A stretch of DNA of 64,000 nt from Camelus dromedarius. Taxonomy: Eukaryota. A program made the position numbers and the translations under genes. This document shows positions 36,337 to 46,702 of this stretch, one piece after another. The stretch lies in NCBI RefSeq assembly GCF_036321535.1, contig NC_087436.1:93622001-93686000 (forward strand), in the 5' to 3' direction. Numbering within the stretch: the first letter of the stretch is position 1; every line of letters starts with the position of its first letter. A model generated the notes under the pieces. That model saw only the letters and a program-made list of their open reading frames with translations. It did not search any database and had not been told where the DNA came from.

Positions 36337-38054
36337 GCTTCCTATTCAGACAGATTTGGCTAGAAAATTGAATCATCTAACTATTAGAAAATCATATGTG
36401 GTCAGCATTCCATGTGTAAGGGTCAGAAAGTAAGAGGATCAGGTGACTCCAACTCTAAAACATTGTTGTGAGTGTCTAAGAGGGGAGATGATACTGTTAC
36501 ATGAGCTTTCCCTTTTTTTTTTTTTTTTTTTGTCCTCCATAGATTTACTCTGAATATGATTGAGTTTAATCTTTGCAAGGATTCTTCCTTGTTAGGTGAT
36601 TTATCTTTCTTCTTCAGTGTAATTTGAAGAAATCTTCATTTAGAGCTGCGCTGAGTTGGTGCATTGAGGATATTATAAAAGTAGGTCTCCAGCGTATAAA
36701 TGGCTTGTTTAGGAAGCTGATTTTGGTCTGTTATTTGTTTGTTACCAGGACTCTTTTCTATACACATTACGGTAGTATGTATATGCGATGGTTAGGTATT
36801 CAGGATGGCTGGCCCTTGACAGCCTTAGTCCCTAATCGACATGTAGGGTAGTGTTAATAGAGCTGTGGAACTCTTCTCAGAATGTTCTAGACGAAAAGGT
36901 GGTTACAGTTCCATGTGGCGTTGTCAGAAAGTGAGAGAATGGAGATGACTCCCAACTGTTGGGAAAGGACTCTTGGGAGGTGGAGCAAAGGAAGTTCAAG
37001 GGCTGAGGGTGCTGAGGTACTGGTGATGGAAGATCTTCAAGAATGCATCTCTGTAAGGAGCTAACTCCTCAGTTCCCACTTCTCTTTTCTGTTTCTTCTC
37101 CAGGCATGTCTCCTTTGGGGGACCTTTCACCAACATTTCCTTTCATCCTTTGCTCACTATGGACAAGGACGGCGTTTCATGACCTCTTGCCCTTCCCTTC
37201 TTTCCCCAGAATAGGCCTTGCTTCTTACAGGATTCCCAAGTGGCTGTCACCTTCCAATTGACGTCTTGTCCTTCTGTCTCCTGTTTATGTTTCTTCCATG
37301 TGCTGTGGAGTAAAAGCCCTGAGTCAGAGAATGGACTCTATGTATAATATATCAGAGAGAAGCGTTTTCACCTCAGGAGTGTAGTTCAGTGTAGTTAAGG
37401 ATTATTAGACTGGTAAAATCTAGACTGTTTATTTTTAGGACACTTTTTAGTAAGGATAATAGGTTAACTGCAGTCTGCTCACATATTTTCAATTGGTGAA
37501 TGTCTACTGAGCTCCTGATGTGTGTAAGGAACTGAGCTAGTTCTCTGGGTGATTCCAAGATTGAGGCATAGTCTTTCCTTCAAGGGACTCACAGGCTCCT
37601 TCCTCAAGAGTCTTTTAAATCTCTCTCTTACAGCGTTTACCACTTTCAGGGTTTTAGAGCCAGATCTGACTCATCCCAGTTCCATCACTTTCTTAACCTC
37701 TGAGCCCCAAATTTCTTATCTCTAAAGTTGGAAATAACAATAAAATTGTTACCTAAAGCCCCTGGCACAATACCTGGCCCACAGAAAGCATTTTTTGAAA
37801 TGTTAATTATCATTATAATTTTTGTCTTATCGTTGCTGTGAGATTGAAGCCTTCTTTAGGGTATAATATAAGCTGTTTTGCCTTTGTGAGTGTTGTCTTT
37901 AATCCCCAGAAATGAGTCCATATAATGAGTACTCATGTTGGAGTGAATGATGAGCGTAATAAGTAAGTTGTATTATTTACACTAGCAGTCCAGCAAATTA
38001 AAGGCAATAGTTTACCTCCAAGAAGTTCACAATCATTAGAAGGATGCATAAATC

Positions 38055-38262
38055 TTCTGCTTCTCAAATGTTACTGTACAGGAAAATCTCCTGGAGATCT
38101 TGTTGAAATGCAGATTCTGATTCAGTAGGTCTGGGCTGGGGCCTGAGATTCTGCATTGAAAATTTAAAAAACAATTTTTTTTTTTTAGTTGTGGAGATTC
38201 TGCATTTTTAGCAGGCTCTCAGGTGATGTTGATACGTAGCTCTGGTGCTTGGCCACACTTTG
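38055..38262. mobile_element. MER5A, interrupted by a 36-bp insertion
   Basis: cttctcaaatgtt...ggagatcttgttgaaatgcagattctgattcagtaggtctgggctggggcctgagattctgcatt...caggtgatgttgat...ccacactttg. Confidence 0.85.
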
Positions 38263-38618
38263 GGCGGGCACGCTGGACTGGAAGCTGCAGGAGGAAGCGG
38301 TCTAGTCTGTTTTATTCACTGCTATATCCTGAGATATATACACAGAATAAACAGTGCCCAGGATACGCTTGTGTTAGAAAAATGATGTGGAATGAATACA
38401 TTTACCTCAGAACCTAAGTAGTTGATACTGGGTAGATTTTTGCTAAATATGTAGAACAGATAAGGGTCATAAAATTCCAGATAAGGTATTTCTTGACCTG
38501 GAGGGCCCTTGTGATGCAGGAAGAGGACAGACTTGAAAGACAAATAGAGTTTGGAGAAGTAAAGAAGTAATGGGCACACAGTAAAAAGAAGAAATCAAAA
38601 GAAGTGCTGGCTCTCAGG

Positions 38619-40110
38619 CACTGTTCTCAAACTTCTTGATCTGGGGGACCTCTTTACACTTCAGAAACTATTGAGAACCCCAGAGCTTTGTGGTTTGTAT
38701 GGATGGTATCTATCAGTATGTATTGTATTAAAAATTAAAACAGATCTGTAAAGTCACTCACTAAAAAAAATAAGAAACTGAACAGTATGCTGTATACCAG
38801 AAATTGATACAACATTGTAAACTGACTATACTACAATTAAAAAAAAAACAACTACATAATAAAAAAAAATCAAATGGGATTATCCCTAAAGAAAGGCATA
38901 TATAAACTACAGAATGCATTTTATTATGCAGTATTAATCATCAAAAAGATTGATAAGTCATGTTATAAAATGCAAACAAAAAAATAAGAAACCCATTAAT
39001 GTTAACAAAATAGGATGTTTTATGAAACACAGCCCTTTTTTTCCCCCAAAGCCAGTAACAGTTTATGAGAAACATGATATTTTGTTTATCTGAAAATCTA
39101 ATGTATGGCTTAATTAAAGGCATCTGGATTCTCTCGTCAGCTTCTACCTTCAGTGTATATCAGTAAATTGTTTTGGTTGAAGTAGATGAGGAAAATCCTG
39201 CCAGCCTCTTACACATATATAGGTGGAAATAGCCTTTTCAGGCAATTGTGGAGGTTTTTTTTTTGATGTTATACCAAAACTTGATAATTGGTAGTTCCTT
39301 AAAGGTTAGTTACAATGTAGAATCTGAAACCACAGTAGTAAACTTTTTTTGCACTCTGTTATATTAAAATCTATTGGTCTGTCGTATATAATTTTGTAAC
39401 ATCATGCAGTCGTGATTTGGAAAATGTTGGTTCAATGAGTTATGAAGATCTTCCAAATGTTGACATATTTCATTATACAATATGAAAACATTACATTTGT
39501 TAATCTCACCACCCATTGCACAGAAGAGTCATTAATTATTAGGAAGCTATCAAGCTCTCAGTAGTGAATACAAGTTTTCCAAAATTCTAATTTTTGCTTC
39601 AAAGCTCACATTTTATCATTGGCAACAAATACCATCAGTTGTTTTCCTTGAAGTGACAGGCTCACCTCATTCGTTTTTGAGAAAATGTCTACCTGATACC
39701 CAAATGTGAGTAACCATAGTTGGTCTGTCATTCTGTCAAGTAAAAAGCGTGCCATGTGCTTTTCCTGGAAACAGCAGACTTCTGTCTGCAGCAGAAATGC
39801 TTTCTGCATACTTACATGAAAAAGGCATATACAAGGGCTGAGATTTAATAAAATAATTTTTACTGCTTCAACAAGGACGTTCTTATGCAAAACTGCTGTT
39901 GCTTTTAGTAGGAATATGTAATATTGAGTAATACAATGATTACTGGTATGGTTTGTGCCATTGTCTTGCTTCGTGCTGAGATACCAGCAATTTTATCCAT
40001 ATTTTGCGCCTATCAGTTAAATGTCAACATGGTGAAAAAAGCTGTAAATATCATCTCAGTATTATGAAAATAATTTCGACCTCAGAGACCTCCTGAAATC
40101 CTTTCTGGGA
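38619..40110 (-). mobile_element. Charlie1a-type hAT DNA transposon fossil with degenerate transposase sequence
   Basis: Terminus cactgttctcaaacttcttgatctgggggacctctttacact. The minus-strand ORF 39606-39890 (VLVEAVKII...WLLTFGYQVDIFSKTNEVSLSLQGKQLMVFVANDK) is hAT/Charlie transposase-like. Confidence 0.88.
38779..38977 (+). mobile_element. Camelid L1 3' end plus putative 3'-transduced sequence, nested in Charlie1a
   Basis: tgctgtataccagaaattgatacaacattgtaaactgactatactacaatt + A-tract, then ~110 bp of other sequence. The 15-bp TSD aaaaaaataagaaac sits at 38764-38778 and 38978-38992. Confidence 0.75.
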
Positions 40111-40129
40111 ACTTTTGTGCTCCGTGTGA

Positions 40130-40620
40130 GTTAATGCTTCCAGCAGTTTTGTTGGAGAGGAGAGTCTATGAAGAATAATTGTGAGCGAGGTCAGATAGGT
40201 GGAGGCCAGACTGGAAGATGCTAATGCTTAATTGTGAACTTGCTTTTGTTAGTGAGAAATGATTGATGATTATGAGAAAAGGAGTGCTGTTTGCAAGGTG
40301 GAGTTTGAAAAGGGAATATCTGACATTGGTGCCTAGAATATGTTGGCAGGAGAGTTTCACAGTAATTCACTTGAGATCATGAGGACTGGAGACTAGTAGC
40401 TTTAAAAATAGAGCAGAGATGGAAGAAAGGAATCTCTGGGATTTAGTGATTGATTGGATATAGGTGGTGAGGGAGAGGGTAGAATCAAAAATGTCAGATT
40501 TTCAGTCTGAAGACTACGAAAATGATGGTTTTCAGAGACAGTGAGATTGGGAGAAGGAATTAGTTTTTGGAGAAGGATGTTTCTGATTTTAGATGTATGA
40601 GTTTGTGACACTGTGGGAAG
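40130..40620 (-). mobile_element. L2 fragment
   Basis: gatttagtgattgattggatataggtggtgagggagagggtagaatcaaaaatgtcagattttcagtctga. Confidence 0.65.
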
Positions 40621-41669
40621 AGCCGGGAGTAATGCCCTGAAGTTAGAGTTGTGGCTCTGCTTGGCCACAGTTCTTCCACTATGTCTGAGACTTTTATATG
40701 TTCTTTCGGTGTGTTGTTGTAACATGTGATGGGATAAGGATGGAGTGGGCACTTAAGCAGGTAGTATGAGGGGGCTGCCTCCAGAAAACACACTGGAATA
40801 GTTGCAGTGGTTTGAACCAGTCTGCTCTTTTTTCCCATTTTAAATATTGAACTTGATTTAGCCTTACTTCTACAATAATGCTAGACAGTGATTGAGCTAT
40901 TGAACGCAGAGATGACACGTTCCATTTCTCTTCTTTTTCCTTCTCTACAGTAAAGTGAAGGGGCCACGTGTAGAAAGGCTGGCACACTTTCTCCTCACAA
41001 GTTGACATCGAAGGTCTCTGCCAGGAAAGACACCGAGCAAATTTACCAAGTGACGTTTGTGACCTTGGCCAAGGCTCTAGCTGACAGGCTCTAAAACCAG
41101 GCTCTAACAGCACATCTGTCTCTTAGGGATGGACTCATTCATCAAGTTCATGAGATTGAAGCACTACAGCAAAAATGTCAGTTTATTAATTGCTGCTGAG
41201 AATGATCATTCTTTTGGGCACTGAATTTCTTGACGTTACACAATCAGTGTGCACTTTCAGTGCAAGTGTATTATTTCCCAATTAGAAATAATTATCGTAT
41301 GACCTGATTTGCCCTAAACTACTTGACTGGGTATTCTTCCTCTCTAGACAACCATATGGAAACCTAGGCATAAGCGGGAGGTTGCTTGGCAAACATGGTC
41401 TTCGCCATCAGGGAATCTGATGAATCTCAAGTTTAAATGGTATCAAACCAGAAGAGCCTGATGTGTCTGGGATGATGCTGCCAGGGACCTAGAATCCTTG
41501 AATTGGCTAAGGTTCTCTCTTCTTTGGAATTTGAGCTTATGATCTGCTTTTTCTAGGCTGCCTGGGTTTCTGACTGACACAATCTTTCTTAAGATGTAGT
41601 AATATTTTCTACTGAGTTCGAGATAAGTTATTCCAACCACTATGATGTGTTTTGTTTTGTTTTGTTTAA

Positions 41670-42303
41670 CCTACACAGAACACTTCTGACACCAAATGTG
41701 TAGATTTTCCATACCAAGCAATTCTCAAATTCTCTGCAGATACCAACTGGGCATCCTACAGTTTAATTCAGTTCTGACACTTGACTACCCAGCATTAGCA
41801 CAGACCCTGCAGGGTAAGGGCTTAGTCCCATAAGGCTACCTCCCACTTCAGATGCTAATCACCAGTAATGGGTCCCCAGGTTACCACCATTCTGTCCTAC
41901 TTGCTACAGATTGGGAGTTCCCATGACCCTCTCAGACTGGGAGTTCGCATGACACTCTCTTCAGGTTTGATAATTGACTATAGTGGCTCTCCGAATTCAG
42001 GGAAACTTACGTTTACCAGTTTATTATAAAGGATATTATAAAGGATACAGATGAACAGCCAAGTAAAGAGATACATACTGTGAGGTTCAAAAGGGTCCCA
42101 GGTATAGGAGTTTCTGTCCCTGTGGGGTTGGGGCACACCACCCCCCAAGCATGCGGATATGTTCACCAACCTGCAAACTCTCCAACCCTCTTCGTTGAGG
42201 CTCTTTATGGAGGTTCTCTTACCCACCCCCTGGTGGGGGGAGGGCTGGTTGATTAAATCATTGGCCGCTGGTGATTAGCTCAATCTGCAAGTCACAATAT
42301 CAC
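41670..42303 (-). mobile_element. MER21-type ERV LTR
   Basis: acacttctgacaccaaatgtg...ttataaaggatacagatgaacagcca...gattaaatcattggcc...cacaatatcac (reverse complement GTGATATTGTG, MER21-like 5' end). Confidence 0.75.
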
Positions 42304-42899
42304 TCTTATAGTATGTTTGGGAGCCTTCCTATCTCATTCTCATCCCGTTTCTTGGCTTTGAACCATCAGCTGAGTCAACTGTTGTACCGTAACTCCAAGA
42401 ATAGTCTCATTTCCTTCATTTTCAAGTCTTGGAGGCAATCTTATCGCAGTCTGTTAAGTCACTGTTTCCTTCAGGTTTGGCCTCTGGTCTACCTGCATCA
42501 AAACCTCCTAGGCAGGTCTTACAGCGTAGGTGCCTGGGCCCTGCCTGCGCCTTACAGAATCAGACCTGGTAGGTGGGTCTCAGGAACCTGCATGCTCTTC
42601 AGGGGATTCCTCTGCCCACGGGGCTTGAGAAGCGCAGCCCCCGTCCTGACACAGGTCTGCTCTGGTCCGGGCTTGCCCTTGTGTTAAAGTGCCGTGTTCC
42701 TTTGAGAGTCAATACAATCTGGGCAAAATTTAACAAGAGTTATAATTCTAATGAAAAACATGTGTAAAAACACACTCCATTTTGAAAAACAATGCTTTGT
42801 TTTATTTTTGGTCGAAGCAGGAAGCCTTCTTAATTGCTGTAGACTCCAGAAATCAAACCCCTGGAAGCCTTTTCTCTGGTTCTTGACCCTAAAATGGGA

Positions 42900-43100
42900 T
42901 CTGCGGCATAAGCTTTGATGGGACATAACGACTGAGTATTTGAAATCCCAGCTCTGTCTTTACTTAGTGAATGATCGTGGCTGAGTCACATCACACATTT
43001 CCCCCTCTCTAAGATGGGGTTAATAGTAGTACCTGCCTCATGGGTGGTTGTGAGGATCAAATGAACACTTAGCATAGTGCTGGATGTGCCGGGCAAGAGG
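42900..43100 (+). mobile_element. MIR SINE
   Basis: aatcccagctctgtc...aagatggggttaatagtagtacctgcctcatgggtggttgtgaggatcaaatga...cttagcatagtgc. Confidence 0.75.
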
Positions 43101-45189
43101 TACTAGGGTTGTGTACACAACCAGAATGCTTTCAGATAAGCAGTGGAGTAGACTGAAATGTGCAGACAAGGGTGGAGTCCTTGCAAATGGAAGGCTGGCC
43201 TGCTTTCCATCAGGCCCTACAGAGTTCGGTTTGTAGGTCACTGCCCACGGGGATCAGCCTTAATTGGAAGGCAGGGAGGCTGGGTGGGTCCTGAGGGTGG
43301 TGTGTCCTCCGAGTCTGGGCATCAGGGAGTCTAGGTGCTCTTGACGCTCCTAGCCACGTGCCAGGCTTATTTGCAGAGATTCCCAGTGTTTCTCCTCAGC
43401 TGTTGACCAAGCTTCCAAGTATCTGTCTGCTCTTTTCCTCACTACATATTTATAAGGCATCCAAGAATACTGTCCAGGAGATATCTGAAATGTTTAATTG
43501 TGTCAGAAGCAGAGTCTGTAGCTGCTAAAACGAACTGAAAAGCTGTGTTGCTAACCAGTCAAATGACTTACCATAGTTTTCATTCTCAAAAAGTTGTTCT
43601 GAGTGTTGGCTGCAGACAGTGTTAGCAAAGATGCTTTATTTTTAGACTCTTTTGCCTTAATTGACAGTTTTCACTCCATTATTCTCAATATGAATTTATG
43701 GTATGTGTGTGTGAGAGAGAGAAAGACCAAGGTAGGCAGAGAGACAGGAGAAAGCAAGTGTTCTCCTGGTTGTAAAGCTCTTGTCACTGGTAGGATTTAT
43801 AACTTAATAGTTCAGACTGTCCTGAACATTCTCATAAAAGATTCTTAAAGAGAAACCTCAGCCCACCTCAGGAAAGAGTCAGATGAGTAAAATCCTCAGC
43901 TAAAATATCCTCTATTTTTCTGCGGATTCTAAAAGAAACCTAGAAAACCAGGGGGTGAGGTAAGTTAGGGAAGGAGAATTTTCAAAGCTGTAAGTTAAAA
44001 AGCGTTGTCTGTTTTGGCACATGGGGTTAAAAAGTCTAGCGCTTGTCTGCACTTTTTGCTGCTTTTCTGTGCTTGTTTGCCAAAAACGAACAAACAAAAT
44101 CCTCTTGCTCCAAACTCAGAAACCAAGAAGCAGGAAAAAATGGCTATAGTTAGAACTCTATGTGTATTTTTTTCTGTGTTCTTTTGCATGTGTTTTTAAA
44201 AAAATAAACAGGATCATTTAGTGTAAGTTATTCTGGCTCACCATAATTTCAACTGGAGTGTTTTAAAGGTTATATTCTTACTCTTAAGAAAAGAACAAGT
44301 TAATGTCAAAAGGGATATGAACGTTTTAAACTGCATGACATTCTCCAGGGGACTTTTTGTCAATACCGGGAAGCAAAATAAGAAATTTAAAAATCAAAAC
44401 CTAATTTAAAATGACCAAAAATCTGTGTAGTCAGCAGACTAAATCTTCCACCCACCACTCACTACTCAGAAGTCTGCCTGCTTTTTTCTCTTTTCCTCCA
44501 CTTGCCTCTATAAGAGCATATAAATCCTTTTAAAATCTTTATGAGCTGAATCTCAGCCTTTGCTTTCCTTGGCAGAAGTGGAAGAGAAGAATGCCATATA
44601 CAGTTTAGAGTAATGTGGCGAAACGTAGTTTTTAAATGATGGATGTAGTTTGGGATGAAATGAATCACTGTTTCACCTGTATTACTTTGCCCACATGAAT
44701 GCACCTGGACCCACCATGCGTTTCCTGTATGATGGCATATTTGGTCTGGGTTCCATTGAGGTAAAACATTTCCCTCAAGAGTGTGTCATAGTTCTGTCAA
44801 GAGCCTTCTGGAAGTCTGGAGGGTTTGGAATGGGAGGCTGATGAAATGCTGAGCAGTTTGCTGAGTTGGGGTTTTTTTTTTTTTTTTTTTTTTTTTGATA
44901 TAAAATGTGGTTATGGCACAAGTGCTTTCATGAGAGATGATCAACTTTGGATGAGTATCACCGCTTGTTCCTGGCACTTTTGTAAGAAGAACGCTTTTTC
45001 TCGGGTTAGATACCTGATACAGCGGCAATGTTCCCGTGATGCCGGGCAACAAACTAGCCATCATCTGTCAGTTTTAGCTTAAGTGTTATTTTATAAAAGA
45101 GTTTTTACAGTTGGATAAATACATGTGTATTTACTGGATCATGATGAAAAAATGTATTTCTTACTCTCACCGCATTCTAGGCATCCTGG

Positions 45190-45460
45190 AAAAAGAGTGG
45201 TATTTGGAGTCAGATATATCCATCTAGGCTTCAAATCCCAGATCTGCTTCATTGCACTGTGTCCCTGGGCAAGTCACTAAGTGTCTTTAAGCCTCAGTTT
45301 CTTCTCTTTAAAATTGAGTCATATCATCTACTCATAAAATTCCTGTGATGGCTGAATGAGCTAATAATATGTGGAAAGTGTCTGTGCCATCATATGTGCA
45401 AAGTATGTATATAAGTATGTGTGTCAAGTAGATTCCTGGCACATGGAAGGAGTCAGTAGT
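45190..45460 (+). mobile_element. MIR SINE
   Basis: ttcaaatcccagatctgc...ctgggcaagtcactaagtgtctttaagcctcagtttcttctctttaaaat. Confidence 0.75.
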
Positions 45461-45954
45461 CTTTCCCTGTTTTCACGTATTTGGTTTCCTAAAAAACTTA
45501 GTGATGCTGTTGGTGATTCCTTTAATTTGGTGTTAACATTATTATTTTAGAGCCAGCAGAATGGAACTTGCACTAAAATGTATACTTTATGGATCTGAAT
45601 CCTAGTGCTTGCTTTGCCAAATGAATGTGTTATATTGGTCGAGTTGCCTTTGTTCTGCAAGCTCCTCCTCCCTTGCTTGCCCTCCCCCGTCCCAGTCTGT
45701 AAACTTTCTCTGTATAATGATGACGTGTTTCAGGCTTGCCTTCTAAGATGGCTTTAGGATCCACATTTCTTTCTAGGATATCTAGTATTTTGAAGACTTT
45801 TTTCGTTGTCCATCCTGATCATACATATATGTGTTTATAAATCCCAGGCATTTGCAACACACCTGTGTAATAGGTAGATAAGATAACAAGTATAAATAGA
45901 AGATATCCTTTCTTCATAATCCCAGTGGGCTATCTTGCACTACTCCCATTAAAA

Positions 45955-46400
45955 CTGTGATCAAATACACATAACACAAAATTTGCCATCGTAACGATTT
46001 TTAAGCATACTGTTCACTTATATTAAGTACATTCATATTGTTATGCGACTGTCACTACCTCCCATCCATAGAACTCTTTTCATCTTGCAAAACTGAAACT
46101 ATATCCATTAAGTAGTAACTCTCCTATCTCCCCTCCCCCCAGCCCCTCACAACCACTGTTCTACTTTCTGTTTCTATGATTTTGACTTCTCTGGGTACCT
46201 CATATAACTGGAAACATACAGGGTTTGTCTTTTTGTGGCTAGCTTATTTTACTTAGCATAATGTCCTCAAGGTTGAATCATGTGTAGCAAGTGTCAGAAC
46301 GGCCTTCCTTTTGAAGGCTGAATAATGTTCCATCGTATATGTATGCCACATTTTGCTTACCCATTCATCTATTAATGGGCACTTGGGTTGCTTCCACATT
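45955..46400 (-). mobile_element. L1MB-type 3' end
   Basis: aaatacacataacacaaaatttgccatcgtaacgatttttaag...cccccagcccctcacaaccactgttctactttctgtttctatga...gggttgcttccac. Confidence 0.85.
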
Positions 46401-46509
46401 GTACCACCCCCGCTATTGGTGTAGCACGTGGGCCAAAGACCTATAGTATATAAGCATATGATGGGTAAAGAAAAATGTGTGGGGTTTTCCTGGGTAAGGA
46501 TTCAACCCT

Positions 46510-46702
46510 GTGATTCTCACTCTGACTGTACGTTAAAATCTCTTAGAGAGCTTTACCAAATTATCTCTGCCGGGGTGTTCCCACCACGACTCTGATTTGA
46601 CTGGTATGTGATGGGGACAGTATTTATTTAAAGCTCTGGTATCAGTATTTTTTAAAGCTCTCCAGATCATCCCACTGTGCAGCCAGTGTTGAGAATCACT
46701 GA
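46510..46702. mobile_element. MER5-type hAT MITE
   Basis: tgtgattctcactctgactgtacgttaaaatc...aaagctctccagatcatcccactgtgcagccagtgttgagaatcactg. Confidence 0.7.

Noticed and set aside
39606..39890. Transposase-like ORF, possible domesticated ZBED/Buster gene
   Set aside because: Short, internally deleted and interrupted piece of an ordinary Charlie1a fossil.
43957..43966. Consensus donor GAG|GTAAGT
   Set aside because: About one AGGTAAGT is expected by chance in 64 kb, and no convincing partner acceptor or ORF was found.
44872..44896. T25 tract (also T-tracts near 33653 and 36513)
   Set aside because: No flanking duplication or attached element was visible; treated as simple homopolymers.
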